Shown here piece after piece: positions 30,527-39,779 of a stretch of DNA of 60,357 nt. Each line of letters opens with the position of its first letter. Position 1 is the first letter of the stretch. The notes beneath the pieces are model-generated. The model saw only the letters and a program-made list of their open reading frames with translations, was not told where the DNA came from and did no database searches. Source of the DNA: Caldithrix sp. RBG_13_44_9 (lineage in GTDB: Bacteria > Calditrichota > Calditrichia > RBG-13-44-9); NCBI GenBank assembly GCA_001771055.1, contig MESS01000079.1:1-60357 (forward strand). The letters are read 5' to 3'. The position numbers and the translations under genes were made by a program.

Positions 30527-31075
30527 TTGAATAAACAGATATATCTGGCTTTTATTAATGGACATTTTCCGCCAGATTGGAAAAATCTGGCAACTGATCT
30601 GCGTCACTGTCTGCCTTTTACCTTCGAGATCCTGTCGCTGAAAGTGAACCTACGGCTATTTCACTCTGCCGACCGGCATCAATATCACTCCACTTTACTT
30701 TTAGGACATCTCTTGAAAAATTTGCCCGAGCAGGGTGAGAAGATAATTGGAATTACCGATGTGGATATCTATATTCCAATTTTGACTTTTTTATTTGGGG
30801 AGGCTCAATTGAATGGAAGAGGAGCAGTGGTATCTACTTATCGGCTGAATACTGTATTCTATGGCCTACCCAGAAATGATAAATTACTGTATGACCGAAC
30901 TCTGAAAGAGATCATGCATGAATTAGGACATACTTTTGGTCTGGTCCATTGTGCAGACTTTGAATGTGTGATGAATTCATCTACCTATGTTGAAAACATT
31001 GATCTTAAGCAGGCATTTTTCTGTCAATCCTGCCAGGATAAAATGGGGATCACCTGTGATAAACGAACAACCTGA
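30527..31075 (+). CDS. amzA: Archaemetzincin-like zinc peptidase (M54 family)
   Basis: 'HELGHTFGLVHCADFECVMNSS...CQSCQDK' is the HExxHxxGxxH plus Cys4 arrangement. The TTG start directly abuts the regulator's TAA stop. Confidence 0.75.
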   Translation: MNKQIYLAFINGHFPPDWKNLATDLRHCLPFTFEILSLKVNLRLFHSADRHQYHSTLLLGHLLKNLPEQGEKIIGITDVDIYIPILTFLFGEAQLNGRGAVVSTYRLNTVFYGLPRNDKLLYDRTLKEIMHELGHTFGLVHCADFECVMNSSTYVENIDLKQAFFCQSCQDKMGITCDKRTT

Positions 31076-31219
31076 AAGGAAAAATTGTGTGCAGGGAGAT
31101 TTATTGGTCTTAAAGAATCGATCAGATCAATTTCTTAGAAGCTGCTGCTAATTTATTAAACAAAAATTTTGGCCACACCTGTACAGCTATTTTTTTGCGT
31201 TAGTAAATATGATCACCGT

Positions 31220-32029
31220 TTACTTCCGGATAAATAAATCATGAATAAATTCCCGGAAGAGTTTGCTTCCCATAATTTTTTCCAGATTCTGCTCCATCGC
31301 CCCGCCATCGCCTAATGTTAATCCGATATTCTCAGGTTGATGATCTCCCACGCTGCGCTGGAGATAGGTTTTAATACCGGATATCTTCTTCTGATAATTT
31401 TCTATTCCCCCGGTTGAATAACTTTTCCGTTTAAGATCCACTGCCAGATCTTTTGATTTTATCTTCAGGATAAAGGTGTCATCCGATAACGGATCAGCTG
31501 AGACATTCACATTCAAGGGATAGGACGGATTTACAGCGGCAATTTCACCTTTTACCGGGGCATATAAGGGAATCATTATTTCTCCACGAACCAGCCAAGC
31601 CATGAGTTGTCCATACTGAATATGTTCTCCCAGTTGAGGAAGAATGCACCGGTCTAATGGATATAATATTTTTAAACTCAGATTGTCAATTCCGATTTGT
31701 ACCTGATCGGATTCTTCAGGCTTAAACCAGAAATGAGAGGAATGATAAAAGCGATCTAAATGTATTTTGCATCCCTCCAGCAATTTATTCAGGCAGGCGT
31801 TCACCATCTGATTGGTATTTTCGGTAAAATTGGAGGCAACTATTTCAGAATGCTCGTTGTGTTGAGTCGTGCTGGAATGTTCGGTTCCCTGCATCGCATG
31901 GTGAAATTCACAGTGTTCACAGTTGAAATCCAGATCGCAGAGTTTGTAATTGACCAGGCCAGCGGACATCCAAACACATTTAAGATCATTGCTGTTTTTA
32001 TCTGAGTAAACTGGCATTATTGAACCCAC
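31220..32029 (-). CDS. Cys/His-rich N-terminal domain + glycine-cleavage-H-like (GcvH-fold) domain protein, lipoyl-Lys not conserved
   Basis: 'CVWMSAGLVNYKLCDLDFNCEHCEFHH'. GcvH-like 'HFWFKPEESDQVQIGIDNLS...LPQLGEHIQYGQLMAWLVRGEIMIPLYAPVKGEIAAVN'. Start uncertain: either the GTG at 32029, which overlaps the nrfD-like stop, or the ATG at 32017. Confidence 0.6.
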   Translation of the reverse strand: MGSIMPVYSDKNSNDLKCVWMSAGLVNYKLCDLDFNCEHCEFHHAMQGTEHSSTTQHNEHSEIVASNFTENTNQMVNACLNKLLEGCKIHLDRFYHSSHFWFKPEESDQVQIGIDNLSLKILYPLDRCILPQLGEHIQYGQLMAWLVRGEIMIPLYAPVKGEIAAVNPSYPLNVNVSADPLSDDTFILKIKSKDLAVDLKRKSYSTGGIENYQKKISGIKTYLQRSVGDHQPENIGLTLGDGGAMEQNLEKIMGSKLFREFIHDLFIRK

Positions 32030-33243
32030 TAATTTGATATTTTCTCTTTTTGGAGTTGATGGTTCTCTACCTTCCGAATTTTTATTTGTTTGCGATAGGG
32101 TATTTCAATATGATCTTTTTTCTCAAAAATAGGCAGATATTTAACGGCCATTCGGAAAGCTGCAAAACCTAAAGCTACGATCATTAAAGTCACGCTGATT
32201 TCCATCCAGGATGGGAAATAATCAGCTTGGGCGTAGGATTCCATTCCGGTGATGGCGATGTTCAGGCGGTTCATGATGAAGCCAAGAATGACCATCAGAA
32301 CCCCGCCGAACAGCGTTTTTTCGCTTTGGCGAATTTTAGGGATGGCTAAGATGATCATCGGGAGAACCACCCCCAGCAAAATTTCAGCCCAGAAAAAATA
32401 GGTCTCAGTTCGGTTAATGAACATGAAAGACCATGCATCCCGGCGGGCAAAATCCTGCAGTTTTAGCAGGGCATAGAGCGACAGTACAAATACCATTACC
32501 CGCGCCAATTCAGAGACCAGGGATTTCTCGAGATGTTTATTGAAAGCTCTGGCACTCAGGAATGATTCGAAAATAACCATGGCAAAACCTACTGCAACCG
32601 CTGATATGAAAAAAAGAACCGGCAGCAGGGGAGAGTACCACAATGGATATAGTTTTTCCGGAACGATCAGATACAACGAGCCTAAAGAAGACTGGTGCAA
32701 AGTGGAAAATATTACACCCAGAATAACCAGCGGTATAAGGAAATTGCGGATGATTTTTAACAATTTATTCCAGCGTAATTTTTCTAAGACTACCGGACTG
32801 AATTCCAATGCCAGAACGGTGGTATAGAGCATAACGCACCATCCTACCTCGAACATCACTGAATGGGGATTCCACATGATAATCGGATGCCAGATCCGGT
32901 AAGGCCTACCCAGATCAAAAAGGATAGCAATGATAACTATCAGGTAGCCCAGAAATGCAGTCAGAATAGCGGGACGTACTATGGGTTTGAATTTTTTAAT
33001 ATTGAAGATGTATACAATAGCTGCCAAAGTAAAACCGCCGGCAGCCAGACCAACCCCACAAAGGACATCAAATCCAATCCATAATCCCCAGGGAAACTGA
33101 TCACTTAAGTTGGTGGCAGTTCCTAAACCATAGAAGAATCTAACAAAGGTGGAATACATTCCCAGAATAAGCAGAACGATAAATACTCCTTTCCAGAAGG
33201 TCAGTCGAAAATGAAACCGGGAAGCCAGAGTGTAAGCATTCAT
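32029..33243 (-). CDS. NrfD/PsrC-family polytopic quinone-interacting membrane subunit
   Basis: About 10 hydrophobic helices. N-terminal 'FWKGVFIVLLILGMYSTFVRFFYGLGTATNLSDQFPWGLWIGFDV' is typical of NrfD-like proteins. TAATG overlap with the upstream Fe-S gene. Confidence 0.8.
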   Translation of the reverse strand: MNAYTLASRFHFRLTFWKGVFIVLLILGMYSTFVRFFYGLGTATNLSDQFPWGLWIGFDVLCGVGLAAGGFTLAAIVYIFNIKKFKPIVRPAILTAFLGYLIVIIAILFDLGRPYRIWHPIIMWNPHSVMFEVGWCVMLYTTVLALEFSPVVLEKLRWNKLLKIIRNFLIPLVILGVIFSTLHQSSLGSLYLIVPEKLYPLWYSPLLPVLFFISAVAVGFAMVIFESFLSARAFNKHLEKSLVSELARVMVFVLSLYALLKLQDFARRDAWSFMFINRTETYFFWAEILLGVVLPMIILAIPKIRQSEKTLFGGVLMVILGFIMNRLNIAITGMESYAQADYFPSWMEISVTLMIVALGFAAFRMAVKYLPIFEKKDHIEIPYRKQIKIRKVENHQLQKEKISN

Positions 33244-34013
33244 TAATTTTCCTCCTCTATCTGTGCACCGTCCTGATCCACTGGAATTTCCTGCAGTTTG
33301 ATTCTGCGGTTAATAATCCAGGATAATCCGAACAAGAATACTCCGCTGAATGCGACTACATTAGGGATTTCTTTCATCACCTGCCAGGTGAGTTTGGAGA
33401 AAGCCTCCTGGAAGTTTTTGGTTTTGAAACCCAGATCAGCCAGTGAAACTGAAGAAATGATAAAGACCGAAGTTCCCCCGGCTTCATTTAATCCATAGAT
33501 ATATGGATGGTATTTGTCTTTTTCCTGTTTTATCCGCTCCTGGGCGATTTGTATCAATCCTTCCTTTTGACCGAATAAAGTGGCGCCAGTGGGACAGGCC
33601 TCGGCACAAGCCGGAATTTTTCCTTCTTTGATGCGCTGATAGCACATGGTACATTTTTTTACCAGGGGCAGCGATTTGTTCCATTCAAATTTGGGAACAT
33701 CAAATGGACAGGCGATAATACAATACCTGCACCCCATGCATTTGTTTTCGTGATAAATTACCGGTCCCTCCGCTGTCTTCTCGAATGCACCCACCGGACA
33801 TACAGATCTGCAGGTGGGATCTTCGCAATGCATGCACATCCTGCGGTAATAAATATCCTGATCTGCTATGGTTTTGTTATTAACAACAGTATATCTTTCG
33901 GCAGAGAGTTCATAACTGTCATTCCTGGGAAGTTGATTCGTTTCCTGACAGGCCTCCATACAGGCCTCGCAGCCTATGCAAAGAGTGGTGTCGATGAGAA
34001 AGCCGTAACTCAT
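33243..34013 (-). CDS. 4x[4Fe-4S] ferredoxin-type subunit (NrfC/HybA/DmsB-like) with C-terminal TM helix and no Tat signal
   Basis: Four cluster motifs: 'CIGCEACMEAC', 'CMHCEDPTCRSVCP', 'CMGCRYCIIACP', 'CTMCYQRIKEGKIPACAEACP'. TM helix 'VVAFSGVFLFGLSWII'. The ATG at 34013 is preceded by AGGAG. A stop codon upstream leaves no room for a twin-arginine leader. Confidence 0.85.
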   Translation of the reverse strand: MSYGFLIDTTLCIGCEACMEACQETNQLPRNDSYELSAERYTVVNNKTIADQDIYYRRMCMHCEDPTCRSVCPVGAFEKTAEGPVIYHENKCMGCRYCIIACPFDVPKFEWNKSLPLVKKCTMCYQRIKEGKIPACAEACPTGATLFGQKEGLIQIAQERIKQEKDKYHPYIYGLNEAGGTSVFIISSVSLADLGFKTKNFQEAFSKLTWQVMKEIPNVVAFSGVFLFGLSWIINRRIKLQEIPVDQDGAQIEEEN

Positions 34014-34081
34014 TATATCTCCTGTATTAAGCAACCTTTAGCTGTTTACCAGAGCAATAGAAGCGATTCTGGAAATTGTGC

Positions 34082-34744
34082 CTATTTCTGTTTGCAGAAG
34101 TCATTTTCGAATTTTTCCCAGGTTTTCTCATCAAACTGGGACAGGATTCCAAAGGGAAGATCACCGCCATCAGCCATGGTTATTCCCATGTCGGTTTGAG
34201 TGACGCTTTCCTGGAAAAACTTTTTCATCTGAGCATACTTTTCATTCATCCAATTTTTTGCTTTTTCAGCGAGCATCCAATTGGGCACTTCAGCCGCAAC
34301 ATTTTCCGGCTTCATACTATAGATCCAGTTCTGACTGACCATCTCGACGGTTGAGTCTTCCATCACCCGGTTATTCAAACCAGTTATAGTACCGCTGATA
34401 GGTGCTATAACATCTAGTATTTTTTCACCCTTATGGATCTTCAAAAGAGTATCGCCCTTCTTTACTCCCTGCCCATTTTTCAGCATTTCAATTTCATCCG
34501 GCTCACCGATGAGTCCTAAGATGACCGGATGAATTCCCATGAGCAGATTTCCGCTGTCCAATAATTTAGTCCAGGTGAAAGAGGGTTGCAGGAAGACCCC
34601 GTCTGGCAGATATGATAGTACCTGAGACAAAGCCACCTTTCCGGGAAAGGCCTGGGATAAAACGCCCACTTTTTTCCGTTTTTGGATTGAATAATCAATC
34701 GCAATGAAAAGCAAGATGGTTAAAATTACCATTAATACGACCAT
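34082..34744 (-). CDS. Membrane-anchored GcvH-like domain protein (N-terminal TM helix), lipoyl-Lys not conserved
   Basis: 'MVVLMVILTILLFIAIDYSIQKRKK' anchor. GcvH-like 'FTWTKLLDSGNLLMGIHPVILGLIG...GDTLLKIHKGEKILDVIAPISGTITGLN'. Confidence 0.6.
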   Translation of the reverse strand: MVVLMVILTILLFIAIDYSIQKRKKVGVLSQAFPGKVALSQVLSYLPDGVFLQPSFTWTKLLDSGNLLMGIHPVILGLIGEPDEIEMLKNGQGVKKGDTLLKIHKGEKILDVIAPISGTITGLNNRVMEDSTVEMVSQNWIYSMKPENVAAEVPNWMLAEKAKNWMNEKYAQMKKFFQESVTQTDMGITMADGGDLPFGILSQFDEKTWEKFENDFCKQK

Positions 34745-34794
34745 TTTAAACTCCTTTTTTTTGATATTAAATAATAAAGTTCACTAAAATATAA

Positions 34795-34810
34795 TTCAAT
34801 TTTGGTGCCA
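34795..34810 (-). promoter_or_regulatory. Candidate sigma-54 (-24/-12) promoter for the GcvH-like/NrfCD-like operon
   Basis: The minus strand reads TGGCAC-CAAAA-TTGAA, against the consensus TGGCAC-N5-TTGCW. The spacing is correct and the -12 GC is GA. It lies about 50 nt upstream of the ATG at 34744 and is the only TGGCAC-N5-TTG match I found in an intergenic region of this window. Confidence 0.45.
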
Positions 34811-35166
34811 CAATTTGGAGACTACCATCATAAGTAATTGTAATTATGGCAGATAAAAAAAATATTGATTTAATTTAAGGGGTTTAGAGCAGAGGAGAAA
34901 ATGCTGAATTAATATACAGAAATACAAAGATAAATTTAAAATAGTGTTTAAGTTAAGTAATTACATATGCCTAGAAAACGTTGAATTATTAAACATGAAC
35001 AGTAGAATATATTTACATACAGTTTAGAAAATGTATAAAGGAATTATACATTGTAAATTAAATGATTATCAAAGTATGGCTGACAATTGGGTCAGATTGT
35101 GAAAATTTGCCACAAATTAGAAGTAAAATATCCAAAAATGGGAAATATATATGGGCATTGCTACGG

Positions 35167-35817
35167 TTAAAATGGTTTATTCCGCCGGAATATGTCGCGG
35201 AAAAAATTTTGCCCAATTCTTGAGTGCCGGTATTTATATCTTAAGTAAAAGAATCCGACTACCATTCCTCCCAGGTGGGCGGCATGAGCGATACCGGTCT
35301 GTGCCTGATTGTAGGCCGAAAAGAATTCCAGAGCGCCTAAAATTAAAGCCAGATATTTCATTTTTATCGGGAACAGAAAATACATATACACGTATCGATC
35401 GGGAAAAAATAAGGCATAAGCTGCCAGAATCCCATAAATAGCACCCGATGCCCCAATGGTCGGAATAATAGAGCCCCAGCTGAATAATGCCGTGCACAAA
35501 CCGGCAGCAATTCCGGTTGAAAAATAGTATTTCAAAAATTCTTTGGTTCCCCAAATTTCCTCTAGTCCAACCCCAAACATCCAGAGTGCAAACATGTTGA
35601 AAAATATATGACTGAATCCGCCATGTAAAAACATATAGGTGACAAATTGCCAGATAAAATAATGATTGAAGGCTAGCAGAGGTATCAGTCCAAATAACCG
35701 GACCATGGTTTCATTCAAGGCAGGAGCTAAAAACTGTAACAGAAAAACGGCAATATTGGCAAATAGCAGATTTTTTACTGCTGGAGATATCATCCCAGAA
35801 CCGGATTGATTATACAT
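35167..35817 (-). CDS. Rhomboid-family intramembrane serine protease
   Basis: 'HGGFSHIFFNMFALW' (H..xxN), 'GASGAIYG' (GxSG catalytic Ser), 'AHLGGMVVG' (catalytic His). Six hydrophobic helices. Confidence 0.85.
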   Translation of the reverse strand: MYNQSGSGMISPAVKNLLFANIAVFLLQFLAPALNETMVRLFGLIPLLAFNHYFIWQFVTYMFLHGGFSHIFFNMFALWMFGVGLEEIWGTKEFLKYYFSTGIAAGLCTALFSWGSIIPTIGASGAIYGILAAYALFFPDRYVYMYFLFPIKMKYLALILGALEFFSAYNQAQTGIAHAAHLGGMVVGFFYLRYKYRHSRIGQNFFRDIFRRNKPF

Positions 35818-35832
35818 AGTATGTTCCCGATT

Positions 35833-37260
35833 TTAGTAGGCTTTGGCAAAAATTACTCTACCCTCAGAATCCTTTCCGCAGATAATACATTTTCCCATTT
35901 CCTTTAGCCGGTCAAAAGGGATATTGCGGATGGTGGCCTTGGTTTCCTCTTTTACTTTATTTTCACATCCGGCTGACCCGCACCAGTGAGCTTCAATAAA
36001 ACCGCTCTTTTCTTCCAGGATCTTTTTAAACTCTTCATACTCGTTTATAGAATAGGTATTGGCTTTCTGAAAATCAAGAGCTTTCTGGAATAGATCCTGC
36101 TGAATTTGATCTAAAATCTGTTTTAATTGCGGAACCAGAGAATCAGCCCCAACCGAAATCTTTTGCCGGTTATCCCTCCTGACAATTGTCACCTGCCGGT
36201 TATCGACATCCCGCGGTCCTATCTCGATCCGCAGAGGAACACCGATCATCTCCCACTCAGTAAACTTATAGCCGGGTTTATACTGATCCCGGGAATCCAA
36301 TTGTACGGCAAAGTGCGGAAGTATTTTCTGATAGATTTGCTCAGTAAAATCTGACACTTTCTGGCGGGTGGATTCCTGCCAGATGGGAATAATAACCAGT
36401 TGTACCTGGGCCAGTTTTGGAGGAATAATCACTCCGCTATCATCCCCGTGGGTCAATATCAGTGCTCCCACCAGCCGGGTACTTACTCCCCAGCTGGTTG
36501 CATATACATGCTTCACTGACCCATCCTTATCCTGAAAGGTGACATCGAAAGCTTTGGCAAAATTTTGTCCCAGGTGGTGGGATGTGCCAGACTGCAGAGC
36601 TTTACCATCCTGCATCATGGCTTCGATGCTGTAGGTGTGCAGTGCTCCGGCAAATTTTTCCGATTCGGTTTTTCTACCGGTAATCACCGGCATAGCCATA
36701 TATTCTTCCGCAAATTTGCGGTAAACTTCCAGAATTTTTCGGGTTTCTTCTTCTGCTTCTTCAAAACTGGCATGGGCGGTGTGTCCTTCTTGCCATAAGA
36801 ATTCGGTAGTCCGTAAAAATAAACGGGTTCGCATTTCCCAGCGGACCACATTAGCCCATTGGTTGATCAGGATAGGTAAATCCCGATAGGACATGATCCA
36901 CTTTTTATACATGCTCCAGATAATGGTTTCGGAAGTGGGACGGACATACAATGCCTCTTCCAGAGGCTGTCCACCGCCAATGGTGACCACCGCGCACTCC
37001 GGAGCAAAACCTTTCACATGTTCCGCTTCCTTTTTCATGAAACTCTCTGGAATAAACAGCGGGAAATAGGCATTCACATGACCAGTCTCTTTGAACATTC
37101 TATCTAAAGTTTGCTGCATTTTTTCCCAGATCGCATATCCATTTGGACGGATAACCATGCATCCTTTTACCGGCGAATAGTCCGCTAATTTTCCCTGGAT
37201 AACCACATCAGTATACCAGCGGTTGAAGTCCTCACTTCGGGGGGTAATTCGTTCGGCCAT
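35833..37260 (-). CDS. proS: Prolyl-tRNA synthetase, short archaeal/eukaryote-like type
   Basis: '[35 protein letters not shown]', 'RPTSETIIW', '[16 protein letters not shown]'. Cys-rich C-terminus ending in 'AKAY'. Confidence 0.9.
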   Translation of the reverse strand: MAERITPRSEDFNRWYTDVVIQGKLADYSPVKGCMVIRPNGYAIWEKMQQTLDRMFKETGHVNAYFPLFIPESFMKKEAEHVKGFAPECAVVTIGGGQPLEEALYVRPTSETIIWSMYKKWIMSYRDLPILINQWANVVRWEMRTRLFLRTTEFLWQEGHTAHASFEEAEEETRKILEVYRKFAEEYMAMPVITGRKTESEKFAGALHTYSIEAMMQDGKALQSGTSHHLGQNFAKAFDVTFQDKDGSVKHVYATSWGVSTRLVGALILTHGDDSGVIIPPKLAQVQLVIIPIWQESTRQKVSDFTEQIYQKILPHFAVQLDSRDQYKPGYKFTEWEMIGVPLRIEIGPRDVDNRQVTIVRRDNRQKISVGADSLVPQLKQILDQIQQDLFQKALDFQKANTYSINEYEEFKKILEEKSGFIEAHWCGSAGCENKVKEETKATIRNIPFDRLKEMGKCIICGKDSEGRVIFAKAY

Positions 37261-37459
37261 TAACTTACTCCTTAAATTTTCTGAGAGAAATCTATTCTTC
37301 TCTGCATCTAAAACGTTTTTTCGTAATTTCTTAAATCTATAATTATTAATAAGTTCTGAATAATAATTGAAAGAGTGACGAATTTAACCGCGGGGTCAAG
37401 GTAAAGTCAATTGGAATATTTTTGACATTCTTGTCACTTTCAATCCCTCCCTATTCATT

Positions 37460-37915
37460 TCAAAATAAAAACAGTTCTGATGATGCCTTGGAAAAATATT
37501 CATACAGCTTCCAGGTCTTTTCAAAATCATCAAGTTGAAACCCTGCTCCGGCATATAATTTTACCGGTTGCCCCTTCCGCAGTTCTTCGATGCTGACCCA
37601 TAAACCGGTAGAATGTTCCCCAGAAAGTTTCAAATCACCTCGCCGGTAAATAACCAGATAATCGATAGCGAGCAGCATTTGGTTCTGCCATTTTCCGAAC
37701 CAGGTGTTCACCGGAGTAATGATTTCTGCTTCCAGATGAGTTTCTTCTTTGATTTCCCGGAGCAGACCCTGAATCGGATCTTCATCCTGCCCTAAACGGC
37801 CGCCAGGCGGTGACCAGATGAGGGGAGGGTCAGTTCTTTTTAATAAAAGAAATTTTCCTTCCTTCAATAAATAGGCATTTACTGCCACTTGATGGCTGTA
37901 AGATTTTTCAGGCAT
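37460..37915 (-). CDS. NUDIX hydrolase
   Basis: Nudix box 'GGRLGQDEDPIQGLLREIKEETHL'. Confidence 0.8.
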   Translation of the reverse strand: MPEKSYSHQVAVNAYLLKEGKFLLLKRTDPPLIWSPPGGRLGQDEDPIQGLLREIKEETHLEAEIITPVNTWFGKWQNQMLLAIDYLVIYRRGDLKLSGEHSTGLWVSIEELRKGQPVKLYAGAGFQLDDFEKTWKLYEYFSKASSELFLF

Positions 37916-37924
37916 ACCATCTTT

Positions 37925-38326
37925 TTATTTTATGTCGAATGCTTCTCTGATTTTTTCCGGAATCGGAATAGGCTGACCTTTTAAATTGGTAAACACCCAG
38001 GTTACTTTGGCTTCTGCTGCCAGCCGCTCTTCGTTACCCTGATACACCTGCTGGGTAAAGGTCCCGCTGGTATTGCGCGATTCACTGGTAAAGGTTTTTA
38101 TGGTCACTTCATCACCTTGAAATAAAGGAGATTTGTACTCGATCTCAATTTTACGAATTACTACCAGATACCCGCTTTTCTTCATCAGGTCCAATGTGAA
38201 TCCCTTTTCCAGCAGGGCGCTCATCCGGGCAAATTCTAAATAATTAAGGTAGACGGCATTATTTACATGACCATAGGAATCGCACTCATAACTGCGGACT
38301 TTAAAGCTGGTGGTAAATATTTTCAT
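37925..38326 (-). CDS. Hotdog-fold acyl-CoA thioesterase (YbgC/4HBT family)
   Basis: 'VRSYECDSYGHVNNAVYLNYLEFAR' is the typical N-terminal catalytic-Asp segment. Size is about 130 aa. Confidence 0.75.
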   Translation of the reverse strand: MKIFTTSFKVRSYECDSYGHVNNAVYLNYLEFARMSALLEKGFTLDLMKKSGYLVVIRKIEIEYKSPLFQGDEVTIKTFTSESRNTSGTFTQQVYQGNEERLAAEAKVTWVFTNLKGQPIPIPEKIREAFDIK

Positions 38327-38674
38327 CTCCGTTCCTCATGAATCAAAAAAGTCACTTTTTTCTAACATGGTCTATTCCATGCCAATTCTGTTTTTAAATT
38401 CAAAATATAAGAATAAACAATGATTTTTTCTATCACTTATCATTCTTTTTCTGCCGGATTTTGAAAATAGGAGAATTTTAAAGAGAAGTGTGTTAGATAT
38501 GGAAATCAATCTATAATTTTAGTATTATTTCCACTGGATCAGATTTATTCGGCTGAAGTATATACCATTTTAGTTACTCGGCTTCCGTCATGAAATTTCA
38601 TAAAAACAAGAGATACTCATCGGTAATAGTAAATATAAAATCTGACATTTAAAATATTTTTAAAGGATTCTCAA

Positions 38675-39535
38675 ATGATCAATGGGTTAATTAAAAGTAC
38701 CAAGAGTTATGAGGGCTGCCGGGCCACTTTTGAAGAAGCTGGAATTGTTCTATTTGGTGCAGGATTCGATGGCACTTCCAGCTATCGGCCGGGTTCACGC
38801 TTTGCCCCAATGGCTATTCGCAGTGAGACCTATTTCGCCCAGGAAGATTACAGCCCGTATTTTGAGAAGGATTTAACCGAGAAAGCCATCCATGATCTTG
38901 GTGATGTTGAACTGGCCTTTGGCAATACCAGAGAGAGTCTGGACCGAATTGAAAGGGTCAGTCGTTTTATAGTGGAGAAAAATAAAATTCCGGTCTGTAT
39001 TGGCGGGGAGCATTTGATCACCTTACCGGTTATAAAACCTCTGATTGAAAAATATCCAGACCTGCAGGTGGTTCAGCTGGATGCCCATCTGGATTTAATG
39101 GATGAGCTATTTGGCGATAAACTCTCCCATGGAGCGGTGATGCGGCGGATTTATGAATTGTTAGCCAGTCCGAAACGGATGTATCAGGTGGGTATCCGAA
39201 GTGGTAATAAAGCCGAATATGAGTTTGCCCGATCCCATACCCGGCTCTTTCCTTTCCGGGTCTCTGAATTTCTGCAGATTGCCGATGAACTTGCCGGGAA
39301 ACCGGTCTATCTGACCATTGATCTGGATGTCTTTGATCCCTCTCTGATCAGAGGTACCGGTACTCCGGAGGCCGGCGGGATCCTTTTTCAGGATTATATT
39401 GAAATTCTCCGAAAAATACAATCATTCCAACTGGTAGGAGCAGATATTGTTGAACTTTCTCCCCAGATTGACACAACCAATGTTTCTACCATAGTTACTT
39501 CAAAAATATTGAGGGAATTGCTCATCATTATTTAA
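38675..39535 (+). CDS. speB: Agmatinase / ureohydrolase-family enzyme
   Basis: Mn-binding motifs 'GGEHLIT', 'QLDAHLDL', 'LTIDLDVFDPS', 'GADIVELSP'. Confidence 0.75.
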   Translation: MINGLIKSTKSYEGCRATFEEAGIVLFGAGFDGTSSYRPGSRFAPMAIRSETYFAQEDYSPYFEKDLTEKAIHDLGDVELAFGNTRESLDRIERVSRFIVEKNKIPVCIGGEHLITLPVIKPLIEKYPDLQVVQLDAHLDLMDELFGDKLSHGAVMRRIYELLASPKRMYQVGIRSGNKAEYEFARSHTRLFPFRVSEFLQIADELAGKPVYLTIDLDVFDPSLIRGTGTPEAGGILFQDYIEILRKIQSFQLVGADIVELSPQIDTTNVSTIVTSKILRELLIII

Positions 39536-39779
39536 TACATTGAGGGAAATGAATTTGAGCTAAGTTCAGTCAATGACTGATTATATTTGTTTTGATATCA
39601 GAGACTCGGTAAATGTGAATCAACTGAAAAATTCCATATCTGGATGTAAAGTGTATTATCTCCAGCCTGCACAGAACCTGCCGGAGAAAGTCTTTTTCTC
39701 AAGAGTCTCAGATTATTTTTAAGACCTGATAAATTTAAACCGATAATTATTATACATTTAAGCTGAAATTAAAACCGGC

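Noticed and set aside
38590-38601. Perfect 12-bp palindrome ATGAAATTTCAT in the divergent thioesterase/agmatinase intergenic region.
   Set aside because: It is composed almost entirely of A/T in an AT-rich spacer and I saw no second copy. There is not enough evidence to call it an operator.
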